A DNA stretch of 64,000 bases from Candidatus Methanomethylophilaceae archaeon (GTDB lineage Bacteria > Cyanobacteriota > Vampirovibrionia > Gastranaerophilales > Gastranaerophilaceae). The position numbers and the translations under genes are program-made. The notes under the pieces were generated by a model. That model was not told the origin of the DNA. It searched no databases and saw only the letters and a program-made list of their open reading frames with translations. The stretch is taken from NCBI GenBank assembly GCA_963590665.1, contig CAVAPR010000004.1, positions 10,492-74,491 on the forward strand, given 5' to 3'. Below, piece by piece: positions 8,246 to 19,670 of this stretch (the stretch's first letter is position 1; every line of letters starts with the position of its first letter).

Positions 8246-9853
8246 CTAATCTAACATTGCTAACAATTCATTATAATTACTGATTTTGCACATTGTAGAA
8301 CTCAAAAGGTGAGTTTCTGCAATCAACAAAGCTGTAGGAACAAGTGCTGTAACAAAACTCAAGAACATACCTTGAATATCACCACCAATTTCAGTAATGA
8401 AATATGATACGTTCATTGTAAATTCAATCAAAATAATGAAACAAGCAATGAACATTACAGTATTTTTTTCTTTGCCTAAGCTGTGCATAGAATCTAGACC
8501 GTAAACAGTAACACCATGGCTATTATAATCATGGAAACCATCAAATTTAATAATTTCAGATCCTTTGATTTGTTTTGAAATTGTGAATGCTCTTACGAAA
8601 GAGAAAAATGCGAAAATAATCAAAAATGTTGCAAGTACTAAGAATATCGGGCTAAATCTTAAGCCAGAAATTCTAACCCAGCTTGCAGCTTCTGGGAAAC
8701 AACTTGCCAAAGTGTTAGAAACACCATAAGCTAGGAATGGAGCTGTTAACAAACCAATAAATACTTCAACAATCATTTTTAATTGATTATTCAAAAGGCT
8801 TCCTCTTACAGTAGCAATTCTATTTTGACTTAATTGGTTAACAAAAGTGTTAATCATTGAGCGATAACGTTTCATAACATTTTCAAAATCTTCTCTATAT
8901 TCACAATTTGTCAATTGTTGATTGTAATTTTTCAACTGGAATTTGAAATAACCACTCGCAACACAAACTGTAGCTAAAGCTCCAGCAAACAATAATGAAA
9001 TAAAGAATGATGCCCCGAAAAATCCAGGGATTTCTTTATAATAAAATAAGTTGATTATATAAATAATGAACATAAATATTGCAGAAACAGCAGTAATAAA
9101 TTTTTGTGCAATATCTGTATCACCATATTTTTTCGAACTGTTGAAATCTAACAATGAATAAACACCGTGCTTCATAATCAAAGAAACAGCAAGAACGATT
9201 GCAGAAATTGCAACCAAAAATCCTGCGTTAGTAGTCAAATTCAAAACAGAACTAGAGTTATCTATCTTCAAACCTAACAAAAAGTTAGTTACGCCAAATG
9301 AACACACAACAGACAAGATAAAAATTGATGCGTTCAAAAGTAGATTTGTAATATTCGCAGACCAAATAGCCCCTTTTAATTCTGTTATTTTATAACCAAT
9401 TTCTTTAATAATTGCAATTCTATTTTTTTCAACATCGTTATTAAAAATATCATTCGCATTTGACGTTGTAGTTTTTATCATTGTAGAAGCTCCTCCAGCT
9501 TTATTTTGTTCAATAGTTTCGGATTGTTGACTTTTCTTTTCCTCAGAATGATGAATTTGTTCTGTATCAACTTCAACAGTAATTTTCCCATTCAAACCCT
9601 TCACTTCTAAAAAGAAATGAGCTGGAGTCAAAACTTTAGAAAAATTTCTGTTATTGACTAAAACATCACTTGAACCAGAAGAATTTATCAACACATAGTT
9701 TTTAAATTTTTCATTATAAATAAACTTAATCTCAACACCTTCAGCAAGATTATTTATTACAAAATCGGAAGACTCATCTCTCCCGATTGTAATATTATGC
9801 TTATCTTCAAAAACTTTGGATTCATCCAAATATTTTATAATAGCTCTCATCAT
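8246..9853 (-). CDS. FHA-like N-terminal domain fused to a multi-pass membrane domain
   Basis: N-terminus ITIGRDESSDFVINNL...YVLINSSGSSDVLVNNRNF resembles an FHA fold, though the S-x-x-H signature is not evident. At least 8 hydrophobic helices follow. 8-nt and 15-nt gaps to its neighbours suggest an operon. Confidence 0.5.
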   Translation of the reverse strand: MMRAIIKYLDESKVFEDKHNITIGRDESSDFVINNLAEGVEIKFIYNEKFKNYVLINSSGSSDVLVNNRNFSKVLTPAHFFLEVKGLNGKITVEVDTEQIHHSEEKKSQQSETIEQNKAGGASTMIKTTTSNANDIFNNDVEKNRIAIIKEIGYKITELKGAIWSANITNLLLNASIFILSVVCSFGVTNFLLGLKIDNSSSVLNLTTNAGFLVAISAIVLAVSLIMKHGVYSLLDFNSSKKYGDTDIAQKFITAVSAIFMFIIYIINLFYYKEIPGFFGASFFISLLFAGALATVCVASGYFKFQLKNYNQQLTNCEYREDFENVMKRYRSMINTFVNQLSQNRIATVRGSLLNNQLKMIVEVFIGLLTAPFLAYGVSNTLASCFPEAASWVRISGLRFSPIFLVLATFLIIFAFFSFVRAFTISKQIKGSEIIKFDGFHDYNSHGVTVYGLDSMHSLGKEKNTVMFIACFIILIEFTMNVSYFITEIGGDIQGMFLSFVTALVPTALLIAETHLLSSTMCKISNYNELLAMLD

Positions 9854-9868
9854 ATCTCCAGTATAAAC

Positions 9869-10534
9869 TTATCTACCTATTGAAGTCAAAAAGTTTCTCA
9901 ATGCTTTATTTGAATTTGCTTCAGTACCGATAACTAGGTCTTTCTCCCCTAAAACTGGAGTTAATTTTTCTTTAACAACATCCAATTTTTCTGGAGCTGC
10001 AAACAAGAACATCATTGAGAAGTTACCAGTTTGTTTTTTAACTTGTGCAACTTCATTAGGAAGAGTGTTCCAGTTGATTTGTTTTGAAACATCACCTTCA
10101 TTTTCAAGGTCACCAATAACTACAACTGATGGGATATAACCTTCCTTGTGCATATTTATAGCGTGATTAAAAGCTTTTTTCAAAGACAAACCATAAGCAG
10201 TACCGTATTCTTTTGAATTAAACTGGGTAAATTTTTCCATTGATTTTCGAACTTCAGCACTTGATTGTGGAGAACCTTCGTAAATAATATAGGCATCTTG
10301 AGATACACGAAGAATTTTAATTTGATCTTCGGGATCAAGCATAGAACACAATTGTCTAATTGCCTTTTTCTGTTCTGGTAATTGCTTCTGGTTAGAAGCA
10401 GATGAATCAACCACAAAAATAACCGCAGCCTTATGAAAATCATCAACCTTGACCTTTGACAAGCCAAATACTGCTGCACATAACAAACCTAATGCAAATA
10501 TTGCAAATAATATAATTTTTAACGTATTACTCAT
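9869..10534 (-). CDS. membrane-anchored von Willebrand factor A (vWA) domain protein
   Basis: Start set at ATG 10534 (MSNTLKIILFAIFALGLLCAAVFGL = TM helix). MIDAS-type DxSxS motif in VIFVVDSSASNQ. ORF track extends to 10615. Confidence 0.7.
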   Translation of the reverse strand: MSNTLKIILFAIFALGLLCAAVFGLSKVKVDDFHKAAVIFVVDSSASNQKQLPEQKKAIRQLCSMLDPEDQIKILRVSQDAYIIYEGSPQSSAEVRKSMEKFTQFNSKEYGTAYGLSLKKAFNHAINMHKEGYIPSVVVIGDLENEGDVSKQINWNTLPNEVAQVKKQTGNFSMMFLFAAPEKLDVVKEKLTPVLGEKDLVIGTEANSNKALRNFLTSIGR

Positions 10535-10584
10535 AATAAAAAAATACCATAAAAATTTAATATTAGTAATCGTATAAATGATTG

Positions 10585-10620
10585 AATAAAAAAGGTTGAA
10601 GATTAATTTCTTCAACCTTT
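10585..10620 (-). terminator. intrinsic terminator after the hydrogenase gene
   Basis: 11-bp stem AAAGGTTGAAG/CTTCAACCTTT (10591-10601 / 10610-10620), followed on the minus strand by TTTTTTATT. Confidence 0.7.
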
Positions 10621-10644
10621 AAAACATTTTATTATTATCAAAAA

Positions 10645-12111
10645 TTAGTCTTTGATAACATCTTTGATTTCAGGACTTTCTTTAACATAATTAGTCAACT
10701 GTTTCAAAGCTGGTTTGTAAGCGTTGATTGTGCTTGAACCACCCAAACAACCACCAGTACAAGCCATGATTTCAATTAAGTTGCCTAAATCACATTTTCC
10801 ATTTTTAGCATACTTTTTCAAATCACGAACAGCTTGTTTATCAAGTCCATCAATTACAACTGGAGTAGCTTTTTCTCCTTCATCAAGTAATGCATTAACT
10901 GCACCTGCAACCCCACCTGTAACAGCAAAGTTTCTTGCTTCTGCTGAAGATTCAACTTTAAATTCAGATTCTTCGCAATCAGAAAGTTGAACATTCATTG
11001 CAATAAACCATGCGCCAAGTTCTTCATAATTCAATACATAATCCATGTTTGGATTTTGTAATGCTTCACGTTTTTTAGCTACGCAAGGGCTAAAGAATAC
11101 AGTAATTGCATCTGGATTTTCCTTTTTAACAAGTTCTGCTGTATAGTAAGCAGGAGTTTTTGTATCAGAACGGAATGGTTTCAATTCTGGGATATGCTTA
11201 TCAACAAGCTCGTTGTAACCAGCACAGCAAGAAGTTGTCATAAACGCATCGCCTTTTTCCATTCTTTCTTTAAATTCAGCTGCTTCATTTTTAGTTGTAA
11301 TATCTGCACCTTGAGCAACTTCTACAACATCAGCAAAACCTAAAGATTGAATTGCTTGTTTCAATTGTTTTGGAGTACAAGGAAGTTGACCAAATAATGC
11401 TGGAGCAACCATTGCAACTAATTTTTTACCTTCTTTAATTTGTTTTAAAATATCAATGATTTGGCTCTTTTCATGAACAGCGCCAAATGGACATGCTGCA
11501 ACACATCTACCGCAAGAAATACATTTATCAAAATCAATTCTTGCATGACCATCATCATCTTTCGCAATAGCTCCAACAGGACAAGCATTTTCACAAGGAA
11601 CAATAATTCTTTGGATAGCTTGGTAAGGACAAACTTGAGCACACATACCGCAATTTTTACATTTTTCTGGGTCAATGTGTGATTTTCCATCATGAACAGA
11701 AATTGCTTTCAATCTACAAGCGCTTTCACAAGGTCTAGCAACACAACCTTGGCAAAGGTCAGTTACGAAAATTCTTGAAGGAACACAACCTTTACAAGCT
11801 GTAGTAAGAACTGTCAAAGGATGTTCTTCTGGTTGAACTCTTTCTTCTGCTTTTTTAGCAATATCAGATAATAATATGCTATCATCAGTTTCTTCAATTG
11901 ATGTTCCTAAACCTGCAATTGCTCTATCTCTAAGAACTGCACGTTCTTTATAAATACAACAACGGTATGGAACTTCGCTACCTTTTGGACGCATATCATA
12001 AGGGATTAATCTTGTATTTTCTTCAAAATTGTCGCTCAAATATGCTTTGATTAATCTAACTAAAATTTCACGTTTCAAATGTGAAGTTTGTCTTGGAGTA
12101 TTTACTGCCAT
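10645..12111 (-). CDS. [FeFe]-hydrogenase catalytic subunit (two [4Fe-4S] ferredoxin motifs plus H-cluster domain)
   Basis: CKNCGMCAQVCP and CISCGRCVAACP ferredoxin motifs. H-cluster signatures are present but deviant: TTSCCAGY, SPCVAKKRE, EIMACTGGCLGGSS. Confidence 0.85.
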   Translation of the reverse strand: MAVNTPRQTSHLKREILVRLIKAYLSDNFEENTRLIPYDMRPKGSEVPYRCCIYKERAVLRDRAIAGLGTSIEETDDSILLSDIAKKAEERVQPEEHPLTVLTTACKGCVPSRIFVTDLCQGCVARPCESACRLKAISVHDGKSHIDPEKCKNCGMCAQVCPYQAIQRIIVPCENACPVGAIAKDDDGHARIDFDKCISCGRCVAACPFGAVHEKSQIIDILKQIKEGKKLVAMVAPALFGQLPCTPKQLKQAIQSLGFADVVEVAQGADITTKNEAAEFKERMEKGDAFMTTSCCAGYNELVDKHIPELKPFRSDTKTPAYYTAELVKKENPDAITVFFSPCVAKKREALQNPNMDYVLNYEELGAWFIAMNVQLSDCEESEFKVESSAEARNFAVTGGVAGAVNALLDEGEKATPVVIDGLDKQAVRDLKKYAKNGKCDLGNLIEIMACTGGCLGGSSTINAYKPALKQLTNYVKESPEIKDVIKD

Positions 12112-12128
12112 TTTTCTATTCCTTTTCC

Positions 12129-12392
12129 TTAATTATTACTTTCTAATTTTGCGTTAATTGCTATTAAAACTTTTTCTACAGTAGCTTCTTTGATAATTTC
12201 ATCTCCAACTTTTACATAAGGAGCATTTGAAAATTCCCAATCCGCAGAGCATAAGCCAAGACAAGGAACTCCAGAAACATCAACCTTATCTCCGTATCTT
12301 TCAGGAACAATGTCCATTAATTCCTGCAAATTTGCAGAACCCATGATAAAGCACGTCGTTCCTAAACATACTTTCACGCTGATTTTTTCCAT
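12129..12392 (-). CDS. thioredoxin-like [2Fe-2S] ferredoxin (NuoE/HydC-like)
   Basis: 87 aa with Cys pattern CLGTTC ... CLGLC. Lies immediately upstream of the hydrogenase gene. Confidence 0.7.
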   Translation of the reverse strand: MEKISVKVCLGTTCFIMGSANLQELMDIVPERYGDKVDVSGVPCLGLCSADWEFSNAPYVKVGDEIIKEATVEKVLIAINAKLESNN

Positions 12393-12413
12393 TTTTACCT
12401 TCCTATTATGCTA

Positions 12414-12908
12414 TTAGATATACTGTACATTAACTTTTTTTGAATATTTATCTTGCAAAATCAAAGACATTTCATCAATAATTTCTTTCCTTGATTTTAG
12501 CTTTAAAACATTGATTTTATTCATATTCAACCCTGTACCCACAACAAAGCTGATATAATCATTGTCTATTAAAAATTCTACCAACTTTCCAGCTGGGTTG
12601 TCAATACCTGTAACTCTGTTAGTTTTTAAATATTCTAAAGCCTTTGATAAAGTTAAAACTCCCTCTGTAACAAGATTTACTCCATTCATAACAAAACTTG
12701 GAGGTAAACCTTCAACACTCATTATATTATTAGACATTTTTATTGGAATGTCTAATTCCCTAGAAATTAGATTTGCAGTAGAACCTCCACAAATGATTTT
12801 TTCACCTTCAAAATTTTTAAAAAATTTCGCATACTCAAAATCTTCCGAACTAACACTTGGAGTCCCAGAAAAAATCAATAAATTTTTAATTTTACCGTCT
12901 GTATTCAT
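12414..12908 (-). CDS. hypothetical protein, first gene of the hydrogenase operon
   Basis: 164-aa ORF, 21-nt gap to the next gene. No family recognised with confidence. Confidence 0.55.
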   Translation of the reverse strand: MNTDGKIKNLLIFSGTPSVSSEDFEYAKFFKNFEGEKIICGGSTANLISRELDIPIKMSNNIMSVEGLPPSFVMNGVNLVTEGVLTLSKALEYLKTNRVTGIDNPAGKLVEFLIDNDYISFVVGTGLNMNKINVLKLKSRKEIIDEMSLILQDKYSKKVNVQYI

Positions 12909-13026
12909 AAAAGACCATCCAAAATTATTTTATAGCATATACATATATGTATCAAGTCATTAGTAGATTGTAAACAATTTGTTAACCTAGTTACTTTTGT
13001 GCTATACTATAACTATATTTGAGTAG

Positions 13027-15594
<2,568 letters not shown>

Positions 15595-15615
15595 TATTTT
15601 ATAAATATATTAGAT

Positions 15616-15649
15616 AAAGTGCGGAATTTGTAAACAAATTCCGCACTTT
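15616..15649. terminator. bidirectional terminator between gyrB and the convergent gene
   Basis: 15-bp perfect stem AAAGTGCGGAATTTG/CAAATTCCGCACTTT with loop TAAA, flanked by A/T runs. Confidence 0.8.
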
Positions 15650-15651
15650 GT

Positions 15652-16218
15652 TTATAAAATTTCACCCTCAACAAAATCAAACCTATTTTCTTTGATAGCT
15701 TGAATTGCATCTTTGGCATGAATAGTTTTGATGTCATTTGCAACATCATACCCCATGACTTCTGCCAAATGCCTACGACCTTCAACAAATCTATCTATCA
15801 TAAAATCACAAAAACTACTTATCCCTTCAAATTGCGCCCTAAAATATTCACTCAATTTTGCGACCTGCTTTTGTTCTAAAGCATTTGTGTACTCATAAAT
15901 ATCTTTATACTTTTCAGAAGATTTTTCTTCATTTTCAAATTTTTTACGTCGATAAGCCCGCACAATATCTGCATCATCATTTGTGGCATGCAAACTTTCA
16001 GCATAATCTTGGTTGGGAGAAAATTTAGGGATTAAAACTTCTTCTTCCCATCCCCAAAACTTGTCGGGATTTTTCAAATTTACAAACCCGTATGAATCAT
16101 CAATATGATTAGCATGTATAAGTTTGCTAAATTTTTCAATTGATTTTATATCACCTTTTACTATATATCGACCGTTAAAATTTATTGAATTATTATTATT
16201 TATTTGCATTATTTTCAC
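15652..16218 (-). CDS. hypothetical protein
   Basis: 188-aa ORF with a terminator downstream. No recognisable family. Confidence 0.5.
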   Translation of the reverse strand: MKIMQINNNNSINFNGRYIVKGDIKSIEKFSKLIHANHIDDSYGFVNLKNPDKFWGWEEEVLIPKFSPNQDYAESLHATNDDADIVRAYRRKKFENEEKSSEKYKDIYEYTNALEQKQVAKLSEYFRAQFEGISSFCDFMIDRFVEGRRHLAEVMGYDVANDIKTIHAKDAIQAIKENRFDFVEGEIL

Positions 16219-16271
16219 TTTAAAATTTCTTCCATCTATACAAAATCCCTAAATAAAATTTTTTGCACAAA

Positions 16272-16297
16272 AAAGAGGAGAATAAATCTCCTCTTTC
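16272..16297 (-). terminator. terminator after hpf
   Basis: Stem AAAGAGGAG/CTCCTCTTT, followed on the minus strand by TTTTTTGTG. Confidence 0.7.
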
Positions 16298-16323
16298 TTA
16301 TTAAATATCTTTTGAAGTAGAAA

Positions 16324-16704
16324 TTAGTCTTCCATAGCCTTTACTTCAACTGTTTCTTCTTCATCTTTTTCGTTTTGAACATCAGTACGGATTGAAGCTT
16401 TATCAGAACCGATATTTTTATCTTTGAATTTTGTAATTTGTCTAGCTAATTTGTCAGCTAACAAATCGATACTAGCATACATTGATTCAGCAGCTTCTTC
16501 ACATCTGATAGTACCAGTTGACATTTTGCATGTAACTTCTGCAATATGCTTTCCTTCAGCAGCAGGATTTTTAATTACAGACAAAACTACGTCAATACCT
16601 TGAATTTGGTCATAACGAGTTGCAACTTTACCAATTTTTTCTTTAACGTAAGCTTTAATAGCTTCTGTAATTTCAATGTTTCTTCCGTTTACATGAATGT
16701 GCAT
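16324..16704 (-). CDS. hpf: ribosome hibernation promoting factor (short HPF/RaiA family)
   Basis: MHIHVNGRNIEITEAIKAYVKEKIGKVATRY... is the typical sigma-54 modulation/S30AE family N-terminus. Confidence 0.85.
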   Translation of the reverse strand: MHIHVNGRNIEITEAIKAYVKEKIGKVATRYDQIQGIDVVLSVIKNPAAEGKHIAEVTCKMSTGTIRCEEAAESMYASIDLLADKLARQITKFKDKNIGSDKASIRTDVQNEKDEEETVEVKAMED

Positions 16705-16777
16705 TTAAAACCTCCAATTTTTCAATACTGCTTTGTCAGTATAGCACAGATTTAATAATTTTTAAAGGGTATATTAT

Positions 16778-16999
16778 CTATTCATCTGCTAAAAATTGTG
16801 GTAATTCAACATCTGGAGTACCAATAACTCTAACAAGTTCCAAAACAGATGCCTTCATTTGACATTTTTGCGAAGAACCACTAAAGAAATCTCTATAGAA
16901 ACAACCTTCGCAGTTGCATCCTCTTTTATAACATTCTAACGCTGTTGTAGTCCATCTTCTTACTGCAACGGCTCTTCCCATATCCCTACTTCTAAACAA
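16778..16999 (-). CDS. small Cys-rich hypothetical protein
   Basis: 73-aa ORF with a TTG start (GGAG 11 nt upstream), or ATG at 16981. Motif CYKRGCNCEGC ... C. Confidence 0.45.
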   Translation of the reverse strand: MFRSRDMGRAVAVRRWTTTALECYKRGCNCEGCFYRDFFSGSSQKCQMKASVLELVRVIGTPDVELPQFLADE

Positions 17000-17213
17000 T
17001 TTTATATAATCTCCACTTTTCTATCTTATCAATCAATATCCCAAGAAATATACTCTTATATCTCCCCTAAAGCCATAATATCAAGGCTTCCGACTTCATA
17101 TAATAATTATAAAAAATAAGAGTTTTTTTTCAAGGTGGAAACATGTAGTTATGAAGTTTTGTAACATGAGGTTAAATTTAAGGAATAGCAAGGGTTTTAA
17201 GAAGTCAATATCC

Positions 17214-17287
17214 CTAAAAACCATGATATGACATGCTCTTTAGATTTTTACCCATGGAAAACCATGATATGACATGCTTTTCCATGG
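17214..17287. promoter_or_regulatory. twin stem-loops displaying an identical 21-nt sequence
   Basis: AAAACCATGATATGACATGCT at 17217-17237 and at 17258-17278. The first copy is closed by CTAAA/TTTAG. The second is closed by a perfect 10-bp stem CCATGGAAAA/TTTTCCATGG. Confidence 0.5.
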
Positions 17288-17359
17288 TTTTGAGTGGTAT
17301 TAAGAATTGTAAAAAATTTTTATAAATAGCCTAACTGGGCATGCCAGCACTATGTAAAT

Positions 17360-17587
17360 CTAAATGCTAATATGTTCACTAACCAATTCTTGTAATTCTA
17401 CTTCTAAAATTTGAGCCAAATTTCTAAGATATATTATTGTCGGATTTGTTAATCCACGCTCAACTTTACTATAATAACTTTTATCAATATTTAATTTACT
17501 TGCAATATCATCCTGCGAAAGTTTCTTTATATTTCGTAGAATTTTAAGTTTTATTCCTAATCGTTGTAAATATTCTTCATTAGTCAT
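17360..17587 (-). CDS. XRE-family helix-turn-helix transcriptional regulator
   Basis: 75 aa. LRNIKKLSQDDIASKLNIDKSYYSKVERG is an HTH motif. Homologous to the regulator at 6481..6696. Confidence 0.85.
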   Translation of the reverse strand: MTNEEYLQRLGIKLKILRNIKKLSQDDIASKLNIDKSYYSKVERGLTNPTIIYLRNLAQILEVELQELVSEHISI

Positions 17588-17620
17588 CTTATAATTTTAA
17601 AAAGTTGACTAATCTAATAC

Positions 17621-17669
17621 AATAGTTTATATTAACAATATGATGGTTTATAAACTATTATATTGTTAA
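17621..17669. promoter_or_regulatory. interleaved dyad symmetries in the XRE/pilin divergent promoter region
   Basis: AATAGTTTAT (17621-30) pairs with ATAAACTATT (17650-59). TTAACAATAT (17632-41) pairs with ATATTGTTAA (17660-69). Confidence 0.45.
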
Positions 17670-17725
17670 TAAAGTAATATTTTTTATGAAAGTAAACTAA
17701 TATAAAAAATCTTGAAAGGTTTAAA

Positions 17726-18418
17726 ATGAAAAATATATTTCCTTATCCTTCTAAGAACAGGTGCGCATTTACACTTGCAGAAGTTCTTATCACCATTGGA
17801 GTAATAGGTATAGTTGCAGCAATGACAATACCGACACTAATGCACAAATACTATGAAAAACAAACAGTTAGCCGATTAAAAGAAACATATTCAATACTTG
17901 CACAAGCCATCAAACTTTGTGGAGAAGAAAATGGGTATCCAGAAGATTGGGGCTTAACAGGAAGAAATGCAGAAAGTACAGCGATTGTTGCAGAACAAAT
18001 TATTCCTTATTTAAAAATCAACATTGACTGTGGAATGGGAATGGAGAAAAGTGACAAATGTTTTCCAAATGCAATACAAAGCTTAAATGGGGTAAGGAAA
18101 GCCAATTTAATGAACTCAAGTCAATACTATGTATCATTGTTAAATGGTTCATCTATTGCAATAGAAAGTGCCGAAGTTGAGGCTGATATGTATTTATATT
18201 TTTTAATTGACACAAATGGCACAGCCAAACCAAATACGTGGGGCAAAGATATTTTTGAATTCACATATAGAGGTAGTTTAGGACTTGTCCCATCAGGACA
18301 CCCCGATACACCATCCAATTCCTATAAAACAACATGCCATAGCTCTGAAGATTATGGTTGGGGATGTGCATATTACGTAATGAACTATAATAATATGGAA
18401 TACTTACGCAGAAAATAG
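17726..18418 (+). CDS. prepilin-type N-terminal cleavage/methylation domain protein (type IV pilin-like)
   Basis: KNRCA|FTLAEVLITIGVIGIVAAMTIPTL, with Ala instead of Gly at position -1. Paralog motif IDTNGTAKPNTWGKDIFEFTY. Confidence 0.85.
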   Translation: MKNIFPYPSKNRCAFTLAEVLITIGVIGIVAAMTIPTLMHKYYEKQTVSRLKETYSILAQAIKLCGEENGYPEDWGLTGRNAESTAIVAEQIIPYLKINIDCGMGMEKSDKCFPNAIQSLNGVRKANLMNSSQYYVSLLNGSSIAIESAEVEADMYLYFLIDTNGTAKPNTWGKDIFEFTYRGSLGLVPSGHPDTPSNSYKTTCHSSEDYGWGCAYYVMNYNNMEYLRRK

Positions 18419-18479
18419 TATTAAAAAAGAGCGGTTTTAGATTCCGCCCTTTTTATAATTTTATCAAACTTTTTACTTA

Positions 18480-19337
18480 TTAAAAAGTTCCTGCTGGTTT
18501 CTTTTGAGGAGTTGCACCAGGGATTGATTGCCAATTTGCAGCCATGATTTTTTTGAATGATTTCAAAGCTGTATCTTCTAATTCGCCTAATTCTTCAGCT
18601 TCCATAATCAATTCTCTCAATGGCATCAAAGCTCTTGGGTCTCTCAAAACGCCTAATGCAGCAGCTGCACCAGCTCTAACTAATTCATTTTCTGAACGGT
18701 TTTTCATAACGTCAATCAATGCAGGAACAGCTTTTGTATCGTTCAATTTACCTAATGAAGTAACTGCATAAATTCTTACGTTAACCCATTCGTCGTATAA
18801 CATATTGATAATTTTATCAACAGCTTTTTTGTTACCGATTTCACCTAAAGCTCTTGTTGCATCACATCTTACGTTAACTTTTTCATGATCCAAAGATTCA
18901 ATCAAAGCGTCAGTTGCAACATCACCAATTTCGATTAAAGCATCAGTTGCAGTGATACAAACTTGAGGGTTTTCATCGTTCAATGCTTCAACAAGTGGTT
19001 CAACAACGATTGCACCGCCTAAACGACCTAATGCACGTGCTGCACGAACTCTAACGTCAACGTTTCTGTCTTCACGTAAAGATTCAATCAAGTGAGTTGT
19101 TGCAGCTGAATCACCTAATTCACCTAAAGCTCTTGCTGCATACAATCTTACAGAACCGTTTTTGTCGTGTTTCAAAACATCAATTAAAGGTTCAACAGCT
19201 TTTGAATCGCCCATTTCACCTAAAACACGAGCTGCATTGTATCTAACTTTTTCAGAATTGCTTGTTCTTAAGTCATTCAATAACTCGTCAAATGTTTTTT
19301 TCACTTGTTTTTTCTTACTGTTCACACTAATTGTCAT
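18480..19337 (-). CDS. HEAT-repeat protein (PBS-lyase HEAT-like repeats)
   Basis: About eight tandem ~31-aa repeats of the form VR..AA.ALG.(L/I)GD..A(V/T)..LI..L.D. Confidence 0.8.
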   Translation of the reverse strand: MTISVNSKKKQVKKTFDELLNDLRTSNSEKVRYNAARVLGEMGDSKAVEPLIDVLKHDKNGSVRLYAARALGELGDSAATTHLIESLREDRNVDVRVRAARALGRLGGAIVVEPLVEALNDENPQVCITATDALIEIGDVATDALIESLDHEKVNVRCDATRALGEIGNKKAVDKIINMLYDEWVNVRIYAVTSLGKLNDTKAVPALIDVMKNRSENELVRAGAAAALGVLRDPRALMPLRELIMEAEELGELEDTALKSFKKIMAANWQSIPGATPQKKPAGTF

Positions 19338-19670
19338 TATTTTCCTCCGACACTACAATAAATATTCACACCTTACTTTTATATAAAAAATTTTCTGCGA
19401 ATATAATTGCCTTTTTTATAATATATTTGTTAATTTTGTTTACAATTCATAAATTATGTTTTTATTTTCCTACTACTTGTAAGTTATAGTCAGAAATTTT
19501 ATTAAGGGTAATACTGACACTTAATTAACTTGTACTACTATAATAACACATTTTTCATATCTTTTCCTCAATTAGATAAATTATTTTAAAAATTTTTATA
19601 AATGTTTTTCTAAAAATAATCATAATTGAGTAATAATTAAAACCCTCATGTTACATTTCGTAACAATTTA

